Source of the DNA: Gekko japonicus
Taxonomy: Eukaryota
Direction of reading: 5' to 3'
Assembly (NCBI RefSeq): GCF_001447785.1
Contig: NW_015172017.1
Coordinates: 792,748 to 856,747, forward strand
Length of the DNA: 64,000 bases
Part shown: piece after piece, positions 34,700 to 48,343 of the stretch
Numbering within the stretch: position 1 is the first letter of the stretch
How the letters are laid out: every line of letters starts with the position of its first letter
Notes under the pieces: model-generated
What the model was told of the DNA's origin: nothing
Database searches by the model: none
The model's input: only the letters and a program-made list of their open reading frames with translations
Program-made: the position numbers and the translations under genes

Positions 34700-35111
34700 G
34701 TTTCGTTTTTATTCCCACTGTGTAATTTATGCCTTGATACTCCTTGATACTGTTCCCATATTCACTCACCTCCTGTCCTATTCCAAAAGCGAGCGAGAAA
34801 ATAAGTGGAAAGGAGAAAGGGAACAGAGCATGTGAATGATCCTCGGAATTTATCAGCCCCTTTGCGAACATTTTGGGTTGGTGAAGCCCTTTTATATATT
34901 AAGGCATATTCTATACAAAGAAATTTGGGAGTACACCCGTAGGAATAAACTTCGGGGGCTCATTCTCAAGTAAATGTATTCACATTTAAGCAACCAATTG
35001 TTATCTTTCAACACGTCTAAAGGGAAAAATCCTTCAATTACTGAAAAAGGCTGGACAAAGTTTGAACCAGGCGGCCACCTTTTAAGGGACGTACGAAAAC
35101 TAAGGACAGCG

Positions 35112-35475
35112 ATTGCCCATAGGGGATACATGAGTGCCCATAGAGAATAATGGAGAGTAGGCTTGCCCAGAGGGGATAGTGCAGTACATAATTACCAATA
35201 GAGAATCCATTATTGCCAATAGAGAATCCATGACTGCCCATAGGGAATAATGGAGAGGACGCTTGCCCATAGGGGATAGTGCAGTACATAATTACCAATA
35301 GAGAATCCATGACTGCCCATAGGGAATAATGGAGAGGACGCTTGCCCATAGGGGATAGTGCAGTACATAATTACCAATAGAGAATCCATGACTGCCCATA
35401 GGGAATAATGGACGCTTGCCCATAGGGGATAATGGAGTACATAATTGCCAATAGAGAATCCATGATTGCCCAAAG
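35112..35475. repeat. Minisatellite, 79-bp higher-order unit
   Basis: GCCCATAGGGGATAGTGCAGTACATAATT-ACCAATAGAGAATCCATGACT-GCCCATAGGGAATAATGGAGAGGACGCTT; unit starts at 35265 and 35344. Confidence 0.9.
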
Positions 35476-36010
35476 GCAATATTGCCGAGGTCATTCCGGC
35501 TCCCCCAGCTCTTCTTAGGGGCGTGTGATGTCCGAGGTCATTCTGGCTCCCCCAGCTCTGGTTAGGGGCGCTTAAAAAAGTTATGGCCGCCTTCCTTCCT
35601 CAAATGGCCGCCGCCGCTGTCAAATGGTCTCTAAAGGGCCGCCCGCGGAACACCTAGGCAGGTTGGACTAAAATCACAAACTCGTTTGGAAGCCTTGGCA
35701 TGAATATTACTGTACTATACTATTTTCATTTAACCTTGACGCTGACCAGACCAAATTTAATCACAGAAAAAGCAAGAAAAGCGGCTATGGTGGGAACCGC
35801 TACCAAGCCGCAGCCGATTTACGGTTCCTCTATAAGGTTTTCAAAAAGAGACATTCAGAGACGGTTTACCACTACCTTCCTCTGGACTTTCTTTGGGTCT
35901 CCCACCCAAGCAGGAAGCCGGGCCGACCCTCCTTAGCAGCCGAGACCGGGCTACACAGGTCAGGGCAACTTTTCCCAGCAAAGAACAGCAATTTTAGCGA
36001 AAAGGTGGGC

Positions 36011-36026
36011 GGTCCCGAAAAGGACC
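36011..36026 (-). terminator. Second, distal histone stem-loop behind H4-2
   Basis: CCAAA-GGTCCTTTTCGGGACC-GCCCA-CCTTTTCGCTAAAATTGCTG. Confidence 0.75.
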
Positions 36027-36142
36027 TTTGGGGTCGGTTGGCGAAAAAGAATTACAATCAGCAACACAATTCTATTTCACAATTTGCCGCACTGTAAAAG
36101 CAAGAATGCGAAGTAATCAGCCTTTTTAGCGAAAAAGTGGGT

Positions 36143-36158
36143 GGTCCTGAAAAGGACC
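36143..36158 (-). terminator. Histone 3' stem-loop (H4-2)
   Basis: CCAAA-GGTCCTTTTCAGGACC-ACCCA. Confidence 0.95.
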
Positions 36159-36188
36159 TTTGGTGTGGGTTAAATTGTAAAGCGCCTC

Positions 36189-36641
<453 letters not shown>

Positions 36642-38196
36642 CTATCCAATCACTTACAACTGCTTATTTTCAAATGAGCCAATGAGCATTCGGAGGCCAC
36701 GCCCTTTTGTCTACAGAGCGATTCAGGCGGGAAGCCAGTGTAGGTCGGAAGCAATGCACAATATTGGTTCGCGTGCGTGCACTTCTTCAGATACAGGCAG
36801 CTTATACCCAGAATGAACCTTTGTTGGTCTTAAAGGTGCCACTGGTCTCAAACTTTGTCCACGGGGCCTTATTGGTGCTTTTTGTGGGACTATTTCGGTT
36901 TAGTGTGCAAATCCAATAGGATCTTACCAGTAGATGAACACACAAGTGGTTTTTAAGAAAAAAATATCCATGCAATCCCTTTTTATTAAGGCCGGCGACA
37001 CAAATCCTTGCCCAGGCTTTCAAGCTGCCCAGAACTCTTTATCAACCAAGGTGGGACATTTCGAAGAAAAATGAGAAGCGGGGAACCGATTTTCACCACC
37101 CGATCTTACTGGCATTCTGTGTAAAGAGGGGGGTCGCTTTGAATCAATACTGGTTTCGGGTTACAGCGCTCTCTTCCGACGGCGACACGGGCTGGGAGCT
37201 GCCGCCCATCAGTCGCTGCTGGCCAAGCCCGTGGCGACCTGCCGCGGACCAAGGCAGTTCTGGCCCGCGCCGTCGGCCTGCTGCCCTACCCGGCCAGCCG
37301 CCGCCTTCCTACGCCCAGCCCGCCTGCAAGAGGGCAGCAGGCGAGCCCTTCGCACACGTGCAACCCCAGCCGTGCCTGCACACCAAAGCTTATACATTGA
37401 GTCCAACTTTGTTGGTCTTCAAGTTGCTCCCCTGGACTCGAACTTTGTCCGGCTCTGGTTCTTTTGGGGGGCGGGGGCCTGAATGGGGTGAGTGGGAAAT
37501 GTTTGCCCCCCCCCCAAGTCCGGAGAGCGCCTCCTTTCCGCTTCAGGATGCTCCGTCCGGACGGAGGGAACGGCCCTAAGACCCCATCACGACGTGGGGG
37601 TTCCCCCCACTTGGCCTGGTGTTCCGGGCACTGCCTTGATGGGATGAATGCACGAGGCTCAGGAGGTGTGAAGCCAGATTTCTGAAAAACCAGATTATCT
37701 CAAGGTATGTTTGAGCTCAGATTCTGCAACGGGAGGGGCTGGGATAGGTACGACCCAATGTCTTTGTACGATGGGGGTTACATGTTTAGGATGAGGCTTC
37801 AGACAATTAACCTTCTCTAATCTTTCAGGCCTTTTGGGGTTCTTCGCTTTGGCAGTCTCATGCGATAAGAACAGTCTTTTTGTCTATTCAGGTTGTCAGT
37901 ATTGTTACCAGTGCTCCCTCTAAGCTGAGTTAGTGTGAGCTAGCTCACAGTTTTTTAGCCTCCAGCTCACACATTTTCGTCATAGCTCAGGAAGGATGGC
38001 TCCAGAGCAAACCAATGTGTGCGGTAGCCAAATCGCTCGCTCGCTCGCAACTTTAATGCCAGTAGCTCACGAAGTAGGATTTTTGCTCACAGGACTCCAC
38101 CGCTTAGAGGGAACATTGATTGTTACTGGCATGCGTTGGGTGTTACAAGTCAAAACACTTCAGTATTTACAGGGTTAATGATGTTTGTTAAGTCAC

Positions 38197-38521
38197 CCCC
38201 CAATGGGCTTATGAAAGAGCTGATAGAATTGTGTCTTGGGGCCGCTAGGAATGTTATTGCATTTCATTGGAAATCCAAGAAGACGCTGCTATTGAGTGAC
38301 TGGTTCCTGAAACTGTGGGACTTCTTTTTACAGGACAAAGTTTCCACTAGCATCCTACGATCCGAAAATCAACCCGTTCCTGACAATCTTCAAGAAAAAT
38401 GGATGCCCCTCTTGGAAGCCTCAGCAGCACATAAAATCGACACCTCCCTGTTTGCCCTGCATAAACACCAGGACTTGCTTTCCTATTTTTAACTGTTTTT
38501 TATATTTAATTTAAAAAAAAA
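38197..38521 (+). mobile_element. 5'-truncated L1/Tx1-clade LINE (ORF2 C-terminus + poly(A))
   Basis: AARNVIAFHWKS...DWFLKLW...KWMPLL resembles L1-clade ORF2 C-termini; A tail; 16-bp TSD ATGTTTGTTAAGTCAC at 38181 and 38522. Confidence 0.8.
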
Positions 38522-40809
38522 ATGTTTGTTAAGTCACATGTTTGTCTGTAACCAATCTGTTTAGACAACAGAATGCCCGGGAACTTTGGAGCTAATTTGC
38601 TAGTCTGATTGGAAACCAAGGTGTCACGCATTTAGCATATTGGCTTCTCCTCCCGTTCTTTGTTCTGACTACAGAAGGAGATGCCATTCCGGCTCTTCCC
38701 GTTTTTCCCTTTTAGCTGCAAGGATGTAGACATATTAGCCCTTTGTTATTTTATATCCTGTGTACCTTTTTCCCATTTTAGGTTTATAGTAAACTTTTAT
38801 ATTTTAATACACACCATGGACTCAGTCTCTTAACACTCTGCTGACTTACTCAAAAAGAATCCCACTCAAAAAGAACCCCAACAGCATGCCACCGTGAGGA
38901 GGAAATGAAGTGCTGCAGGATTAGATGTTTGATTAAGACCTGAGGCTTCCGCTCTGTGCCCTGTCTTGGGCTGAATGGGATACAAACGTTGCTGTCCCTG
39001 CAAAACCGTTAGAAGGTTCAGATCCGTTCAATATTCGGATTGCTCTCTGTACTTTGATTTCCTACATGTTGGATTTCCAAGTACAGAGTCAACACTGTTG
39101 GTGGGGCTTAGTCGTGTGCCTCCGGGTGGAGTTGTGGCTCATTGGTAGAGTATCTGCTTTGTACACAGTAGTTCCCAGGTTCAGTCCTTGCCCACATAAG
39201 TGATATGAAAGATCTCTACCTGAGACTCTGGAAAGCCACCACTAGATACACTGCCAAATGTTCATGACTAAGAAAGTTATGTCCCTCCGTGAATCTGATT
39301 GCTGTGTGTTGTATATATGTGGGTTTTTTTCCGGCTGAGTCTCAGGAGGATTTTCATATCTTTTGCCTTTATTTTGGTTTCATTCCAGTTTTTCTGAATC
39401 TGGTGAATGCTAGAAATCGCTCATTGGTCAATTGTATGCATACAAATGGGGGGGGGGGCTTTTCCCCCACCGATTCTCCCTCGGAGAGCTAGTTTGGTGT
39501 AGAAGCGCGGACTCTAATCTGGGAGAATCAGGTTTGATTTCCCACTCCTCCACATGCAGCTGCTGGTGTGACCTTGGCCCAGTTACAAGTTCTGTCAGAG
39601 TCATTCTCTCAAGAGCAGTCCTCGAAAGAGCTCTCTCAGCCCCACCTACCTCACAGGGTGTCTGTTGTGGGGAGGGGAAGGGAAAGGAGATTGTAAACCA
39701 CTCTGAGACTCCTTTGGGTAGTGAAGGATGGGGTATAAATCCAATCTCTTCTTCTGTATTCAATCTGTGAAATGTTTTTTTGTTTAATGTATAACTCTGG
39801 CTTGCATATTGGGTTCTCATTTGACAACGGTTCAACTCCTATATTTTCTTGCCAGAAAATGGCGAGGTTCATAACGAGACCAGGACACCAACGATCGCTG
39901 CATTTCAAGTGCGGAACAGAGGAGAGGGCCAACCTGTCCTCCCTGATGGAGGCGCAGAAAATCCTTCCCAGCCGCGGCTTTCAAGTTTCAAGTCATCTAA
40001 AACCCACTCGATGGCAACATCTTAGCTGGAAGAACAGAAGACTCGGTCAGAACTAGGAAAACAGATTCATACTGTGTTGGGGCCAGAGTAGGCAATGAAA
40101 AACAGGTATTATATCAAAAGCACTGCAGATACTAGCCTGTTCTTGGCTGTGAATGAGCTGTCTTTTCGTGGTAGTGAGGGGCAGGGGTCCCTCAGTGAGA
40201 AAACAGGAAAGGAGGAAGCGAGCCCTGGTGGACCGTTCACGGCCCTCTTTTCTTTATACCACTTACATCTTTATACCATAAAGAAGGGTGCAGAACTCAA
40301 AGCAACTGTTCAGAGTATACCTGCCAATGCTTCTTGGGCATCCCCAGACATTCAAATCTCTTATCCTGGGACCAAGGGTTAGAGGAGAAATTGGTTCCAC
40401 TTACAAAACCAGTGACGTGCATTTCTTCTGTGTCAAAGCTGATGAGACTGGTGTGATGCAAGCGGTGTCGAAAATGTATCTGTTGTAGTCAGATTTGTAA
40501 AAGAGGGCAGGCCGGCTTTTGGGGCTTGCTTGTACGTTCACATTTAACAGCAGAATGTGTGTGTGTCTCTGATCTTCTGCTTCGAGTTTGGGCTGCGGGT
40601 TTACTCCTGAGCAGCTCATGGTACAGTGTTATAATGGGGCTAATGTTATGTCTGGCAGGTCAGGTGGAGTTAAAAAAATCCAAGAGAAACTGGGTAAAAC
40701 CTATACCAGCATACATACACTGCTACAATCACCAGTTGCATCTTGTGATTGTTAAAGCCTGCTCAGAAATAGTGCCTGTGAAGCAGGGGTTTTTTGACAC
40801 GTGTAATAG

Positions 40810-41155
40810 GTGGCTCAAGTGGTTAAGACACTTAACTGCAGGCTGTAGAAGGTCTGTAGTTCAGCGGTTCGAGACCCAAGTTGCCGCATGACGGAGTGAG
40901 CTCCCGTCTCTAGTTCCAGCTCCTGCCAACCTAGCAGTTCGAAAGCAGAAATTGCAAGGAGATCAATAGGTACCACTTCGGTGGGAAGGTAACAGCGTTC
41001 CGTGCATCTTGGTGTTTAGTCATGCCGGCCACATGACCACGGAAACGTCTTCGGACAGCGCTGGCTCTTCGGCTTGGAAACGGAGATGAGCACCGCAGCC
41101 CTAGAGTCGGATTCGACTGGCTTTCGAGCAAGGGAAACCTTTACCTTTTACCTTT
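40810..41155 (+). mobile_element. Sauria SINE, near full length
   Basis: tRNA-like head (TGGCTCAAGTGG...GGTTCGAGACC), GCCAACCTAGCAGTTCGAAA core, ACCTTT tail. Confidence 0.9.
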
Positions 41156-41572
41156 AATCGTTTATACAACTTCACCAGAAAGCATCGGTTGAGCCAACTG
41201 CATTCTCAGCTCAAGAGACTCCTTGATCTTATGGCCAGTGCAAGGGCCATAAGTGATAACTCCAGAGAGGTGCTGATGGTGCTCTGTAACCTTGCAGTTC
41301 CTGAAGGGGACGCCGCAGGTTCCATAGAATTGTGTGTGGAGGCAAAAGGTTGAGGTTTGCATTTTTAGCCCTCCTGATGACTGATGTGTTGCCTGCATTT
41401 GACTACGAACCAAATAGGGCTAAGCTAAACCATGTATATAAAAAAGTAGAAATATTTATTAAGGTGTACATGTCTTAAAACTTTCCTGATTAAAAATTGC
41501 TTTGTCTCAGATCAGACTATAAAAGCTTGTCCACTATACATACAAATGATGGGTAAAAACTTTACAACTGAA

Positions 41573-41614
41573 GACCAAACGCGTTTCGGCCCCTAAGGGC
41601 CTTCCTCAGTGGTC
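41573..41614 (-). ncRNA. Minimal type I hammerhead ribozyme
   Basis: GACCA-CTGAGGA-A-GGCCC/TTAG/GGGCC-GAAA-CGCG-T-T-TGGTC: perfect stems I and II, intact core, palindromic stem III. Confidence 0.8.
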
Positions 41615-44600
41615 ACTATTATCTATATATTCTAGACACACATTCATAGGCCTGTTACAGAATTCTAATACGCATATAATTAAACCAGATGTTGTTTCCT
41701 GAAATTATTCAAAAAAAAGTAAAGGAGGGGGGGGAGAGAAGCAACTTCGTTATTTTGTCCAAATGTATAAAAGAAACTATTATTAAATTAAAAAAATGAT
41801 TCTATTAAAGATAAAGTTACCTTGTCTACTTATAATTGGACTCCTGGTATTAGTGATGGGCCATAGGTATAGTCATATCACCACCACAACTTATTCTAAA
41901 TTAAAAAGTGAAATGAAGTTATAAACATTTTTAGTCAAATTGTATACTTAATTTCAGTTTTTGCCTGCATTTGAGCCAGGTAATGCGGCACTGCAAGACA
42001 AAGGCATGCGTTTAGGGAAAGCTGCTTGAAGTTTGAATGCTTGCCTCTCTCTCAAAGAGAGAAGAAGTAAAGCTGGCATTCTCTTTGAGGAGCTTTTGGG
42101 GAAAACATCTGAAATCCGTGAACAGAACAACATGGCTGTTGACATAGCTGAAAGGGGGAGAGAAAAGAAAAGGGAAGGAGAAACGCTTTAAGGGTTTCAT
42201 TGCTGAAGGTAGTGCCGGGATCAACTGGTGCCATGTCTTCTCGTATGCACTTAAACCAGGGATTCATCGAAGGCCATGATGGTTCCATTTCAGAGGCTGA
42301 AACTCGGTTTTCTAATCGTAATGTGGAACACTTGTCTGCCTTAGACTCACTGATTCCCAGTTCACACTCCTTTTTTAAAAGTAAAAGCAGTAAAGCCTCT
42401 CTTACAGGTAGTGGATGCTGGATTTTGCACTAGAAGCAGATCTCGTAAAAAGGAACATTTTAACACCAACAAATCCACACTTGAAAGAATAGTATCTGTC
42501 ATGCTCTTGCTGTGCTATTCTCCTATAAAAATGCATTCCTACATGTGTACAGAGTCCTTGCAGCTGTTGTAACTGTTTGGGGCCTCCACTGTTGCATGTG
42601 AGTCAGAATTCTCTCGCCTTACTTGCATTTTACAACCACAGAGGCTGTCCATCTCCCATCTTCGGAAAAACAGTCTAGTGTTGCTAGGTTATGAGAAATC
42701 ACTCACAACATCAGTACGGACGCATCCATAGACAAATTTCGTGCCCAATCATGTTGACTTCTACTTTAATTCAGTAGGCTGAAAAGGGTAGAATGGTAAC
42801 CCAGTTCTCTAATGGTTACCATGCTTTAGCACAGGGCTGTCGAACTAATTTGTTATGAGGGCCAGATCTTACATAAATGAGACCTTGTTGGGCCGGGCCA
42901 TGCGTGTCATAAAGTGTAATGCCAGGTAGCGGAGATATAAACTTTATAAAGGACACAAACACAAAGGGTTTTCTTTTACTTAAAATAAAATCATGCTTAA
43001 AACATTAGCACTCGTGCAATGTTTTGTTTATTTAACAATGTCTGATAACTGACACCCCTTGCTCTGAATTATTGCATCAAAATGTCTGTGCTGTTGCAAT
43101 CTTGAGTACGCTGTTCAGGTGTGTATCTGTAAGCTGCAAACCTACCATGATGCAGCAGCAGCAGAACTGGAAGAAGCAGCAGAAGACAGCCAGTTCCACT
43201 GCGGGCCTGATAGAAGCCCTCCAGGGGCCTGCTCCGGCCCCTGGGCCGCATGTTTGACACCCCCACTTTGGCAGATTCCAAGTTTAAAGAATCTATGGTT
43301 GGTTTTAATCATTATTTGGCATTTGTGGTCCATTTGTCTCACTGAACTATTTAGAGGTACTGGTTCATTTATGGTCAGCTTGTCTCCCTGAGCTCTGCAC
43401 ACGGGAAATGTATTTTAATTTATTCATATTCTGCTTGACTCACTGAGATTTGTAAAATCAAACTGGAGGAATGGAGAATGTGTGATGATGCAGGCTTGAT
43501 TCAGGTGTCTGATGCCAAAGAGATTTCAAGCTGCACAAAGGGGCTACTGGACTACAACCACCCTCCTGGGAAGCAAGTGAGTCTGAGAATGCCAGTAGGG
43601 ATTTGAACCTCGGTCGCTTCGGTCCAACACTATAGTTACACACTTGCTGAGTGGAAGAACAACTAAGGTTTTCTGTCCCAATAGCTCTTGGTTTAGTATG
43701 AAATCTCTTTCATGGGGTCTAACCCAATTTAGCCTGCCTAGTACCTCTTATACCGCGTCTTGTTAAACTGCAGAGCTGAACAGTTTGAAAATGTGTGTTG
43801 CCTGTTACTTGTGAGAGTAGTCCATATGTTCTACATGTAAATCTCTCTCTAATAAACCTGAAACATTTTGCACGGTATACCATTTGTCTTTATTATTTAG
43901 AGAAGCGTAAGCGTGGCAGTTCTGTACACACACATAACGGGCTGCTCTCCACGGTGGTAAACTGCCTGCCAATTTGGTGTCATGCTTAGTTTGATTGCCC
44001 ACTCCTCCACATGCAGCTGCTGATGTGACCTTGGGTCAGTCACAAGTTCTCTCAGAGCTTTTTCTCACATGGGCGAACCATTGAACAATATCTATTTGGT
44101 ATTTTTGAACACAGTATTGTTAATATCGGTTGCACTTTCGACGGTGTATGAACTCCCTGTATTGTTTGGAGACAAACTGTGACCGGACTCCTGCCTCTGT
44201 ACAGCCCGGCTTATCGATTTCCTAGAGCCGGCAGGCGATTGGACAGGAGTGTGAAGTGGGTGGCCCTTGGCCTATCTAAACCCCCCCCCCAACATGTGCT
44301 CAGACTGACATGGGTGTTTGTGCAAGGAACGGCAAACCTGGATCTATGCAGGTTTCCCCCCGTTTTTTTTCCTGAAGCCTCTTTTTCCGAAAAATTGAAA
44401 AAAGATAAAAAAAGATTATGGGACGTTTTATTTTAACATGATGAATAAAATATTTTAAGACAAGGTGTTCAAATATTTTCCAAATTTCTAAAACATATGT
44501 ATGGTATTAGATTGATCTGATTTCTGTGCACTGAGGACAAGCAAGTCCTAGGTTACAAACTGAACTCTCCAATGCAAGAGCAAGATGCATTTCTTCCTTT

Positions 44601-45169
44601 AGTAGGTGCTATTGTCACAAGAAAAGAAAAAGGTTTCAGTTTTGTTTTTGCATGTGGGTGGGTATTCCTGTTTGTAATAATTGTTTGGATACACTACATT
44701 TTTAATATGCTAGTTGTGATAATTTCATGCCAGGTAAAAATGTCCATAGTCATATTTTATGTTCCTAAAGTAACAGAATGACTTTCAATCTGGAAAAGAA
44801 AAAAGAAGTGCTAATGTAGCATTTTTTTCAATTTTTCTGAAAATTTCCATTTCCCCCCGAAAAAAACTGTTTTTTTCCAAGCTTCAAAATTTCAAGAAAT
44901 TTTACATCTCTAGGTGTGAGTTATCCTTGTCCATGTCCTGTAAGGTAGCAAGAGCGATGGAGACAGAAGAGGGAATGTGGTAAGGCAGGGCCGGTCATTT
45001 GCGTTCTTCCCCCCCACAAGCTGCAAAGGAGTCCTCCACCCCCAAACATTTCTTGCCCATCTGAAAAGAGGTTTCCTACCTACCCCACACCATTCCAGCC
45101 CCAATTGCTGAAGCCATGCCTTTTATCCCCAAGTGCAAGGAAGCACACCCAAGGGGTAAGAGACAGGAT

Positions 45170-45787
45170 TAGAGATGTGAAAGCCCGGAAAAAATCGGGG
45201 AAAAAACCCTTTTTCCTGAAGCCTTATTGTTTTTTTCCGAAAAATTGGAAAAATTGAAAAAAGAAAAGAAAAAAAATTGATTATGGAACGTTTTATTTTA
45301 ACATGAATAAAATGTTTTAAGACAAGGTGTTCAAATATTTTCCAAATCATTTCTAAAATATATATATATATGGTATCCGATTGATCTAATTTCTGTGCAT
45401 TGAGGACAAGCAAGTCCTGGGTTACAAACTGAACTCTCCAATGCAAGAACAAGATGCATTTCTTCCTTTAGGAGGTGCGATTGTCACAAGAAAATAAAGT
45501 TTCAGTTTTGTTTTTGCATGTGGGTGGGTATTCTGTTTGTAATAATTGTTTGGATGCATTATATATTTTTAATATGCTAGTTGTGATAATTTCATGCCAA
45601 GTAAAAATGTCCATCGTCATATTTTATGTTCCTCAAGTAACAGAATGACTTTCAATCTAGAAAAGACAAAATAAATGCTAATATAGCTTTTTTTTTTCAA
45701 TTTTTCCAAAAATGTCTGAGTTTTTTTGGGGGGGAAAACGGGTTTTTTCCCCCGAGCTTCAAAATTTCCGGAAATTTTACATCTCTA
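45170..45787. mobile_element. ~620-bp non-autonomous hAT element; truncated sister copy at ~44350-44912
   Basis: TIR TAGAGATGT / ACATCTCTA; perfect 8-bp TSD GACAGGAT. Confidence 0.88.
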
Positions 45788-46652
45788 GACAGGATGTGTT
45801 TCCACAGACCTGGGGTGTCCAATTTTTTTTGAGCCTATGGGCACCTTTGGACTGCCGACATAGGGTGGTGGGTGCAACCGACATGGCCTCTGTGGGAGGT
45901 GGGGCCCCACACAAACACCAAAGTGCGGGACAAGAGGAGGCATTTTTAAAAAACACACGCTGGGAAGCAGGAATAAAGAATAAAGCCAAAGGTGCAGGGG
46001 CTGCCGCCGCCAAAGCAGTCTCAGTCTTCACGCGGAATCAGATCTCCAGTGTCCAATGAGAGTGCCTGCTGCGCAGAGGCCCCGCCCACTTTCTAAACAC
46101 ACTTGGTGGGCACCAGGAAGTGTCAACAGGCACCACGCCAGGAACACTGTATTTGCTAGAACTTTTTAAGTACTGGGCCCAGCGCAGACACTTACAGGAG
46201 CCCTCCTACCCCAGACAAGCCTGATCTCCCCCGAGCTCAGGAGGTCACCAAGGAAAGACTGGGGCTGCTATGCAGACGAAGGCAATGAGGTGAGCTACCT
46301 CTGCTCATTTCTTGCCTCGGGATTAACCTTTTACGTCCTTAACAGGTCCCACGTATCTCTGGGACCACCTCTCCTGGGAAACCCCCCCTCAAGCAGATAC
46401 TCAAGCGTCCCTGACCAGAGCCAGGGCTTTTTCTGTCCTGGCCCCGACCTGGCGGAACTCTCTGCCGAAAAACACTCATGCCCTGTGGGACTTAATGCAC
46501 GTCTGCAGGGGCTGTAAGGTAGAGATGTTCCGCCAGGCCATTTGTTTGAGGACAGCGATGGTTCCCATCTGTCTGGCACACCTGTCCCCCCCCTTCCTCC
46601 CCCGCAAGGCTGTGGCACAACTAGAAGCTTTTTAGCAGCATTTAATTAGGGT

Positions 46653-46903
46653 TTGTTGTTGTTCAGTTGCACAGTCGAGTCCGACTCTTCGCGACCCCAT
46701 GGACAAGATCACGCCAGGCCTTCCTGTCTTCCGCCGTCCTCTGAAGTTGGCTCAATTTCATGTCTGTTGCATCAATAACACTGTCCAGCCATCTCATCCT
46801 TTGCCGTCCCCGTCTTCTTTGACCTTCAATCTTTCCCAGCATCAGGGTCTTCTCCAGTGAGTGCTCCCTTCTCATTGGGTGGTAATTAATTATTTGGTGG
46901 TAA
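46653..46903 (-). mobile_element. BovB 3' fragment
   Basis: SLEKTLMLGKIEG...RMRWLD; (CAA)n tail; TSD TTAATTAGGGT at 46642 and 46904. Confidence 0.9.
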
Positions 46904-47518
46904 TTAATTAGGGTAAGTACTGTATTTTCCTGTTTTTTTCATTATATTTTTATTGTTTTAACTGAATTTAATAGATGAATGTGTCTTATTGTTGCACACC
47001 GCCCTGAGCCCTATTTCACATGGGAGGGCAGTTTGGAAATTTAATGGAATAAATAAAACTTTGAGCATCGGGCAAGCTGCCAGGAGCGGAAACCACCAGT
47101 TTTTGACTTTCGTCCTGGTGGATTTAATAGTCAGACTGAAATCCTTCCACTTTCCCCGTGGGAAACACAACAGAACCAGTTCTGTCGCCCTCTTCCCAGC
47201 CTGACTTCTGTCAGCTGCAGATCTCATCCTCTCAATGCATCGAGCGGCTGCTTCAAGTCAGCGACCCGACTAACTCTTTAAGAAACCGCACCACATCCCG
47301 AAATCGGGACTGCTCAGCTTCCTGTGGCCTCTCTCTGCAGATGTCGCAGAGCGGGAGGCCGGCAAATCCAACTAAATGGGAAGTTGCATCTGAGAACCGT
47401 GAACAGGATCTGGCTACGTACACCCTGCGTGGACAATAGGTCAGCCTTCTTGGCTGGAGACCGCCCCGCCCGTTGCAAACACACGACAGAGAAGTCATCT
47501 AAAAACAATACGTCCTTT

Positions 47519-47524
47519 TTTAAT
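47519..47524 (-). terminator. HNRNPC: Probable HNRNPC polyadenylation signal (ATTAAA)
   Basis: TTTTGATACCTCTTTATTGACTTAACA-ATTAAA-AAAGGA ~270 nt after the stop; resembles the mammalian HNRNPC 3'UTR as I recall it. Confidence 0.6.
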
Positions 47525-47794
47525 TGTTAAGTCAATAAAGAGGTATCAAAATTAAAACAGGAGAATTACATGGGATTTGAACAGAACTACCGGGGAGATT
47601 TCGGGGGGGGGGGGGGTGGGGGGTGGTCACAGAAAGCATCATCATGAACACGCGGGGCCGAGGGGCTGGTGGGCGGGGAGGAGAGCAGTGAGGAGGCCGC
47701 CAGCAAGGGGGGCTGGTGAAGAGGCTCAATATCAGAAGAACGTTGTGTTCGCCGGGGGCGGCGGAGGCGGAGGAGGAGCGGTGTGGCCGGGCTC

Positions 47795-48343
<549 letters not shown>

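Larger units (their letters stand above)
39950..42770 (+). pseudogene. Decayed hAT transposase (ZMYM1/FAM200-like type), interrupted by insertions
   Basis: Frameshifted fragments LFLAVNELSFRG, SPDIQ, VKADET, YIHCYNHQLHLVI and C-terminal GASTVACESEFSRL (~42580-42620). Confidence 0.75.

Noticed and set aside
35112-35475. CRISPR-like array
   Set aside because: Eukaryotic context, and the intervening segments repeat rather than being unique spacers
38136-38492. 118-aa ORF as a host gene
   Set aside because: It is bounded by a 16-bp TSD and a poly(A) tail, so it is a truncated LINE end
39125-39195. tRNA-like sequence (also ~26140, ~51800 and Squam3-like heads)
   Set aside because: A/B boxes without a closed cloverleaf; these are SINE heads
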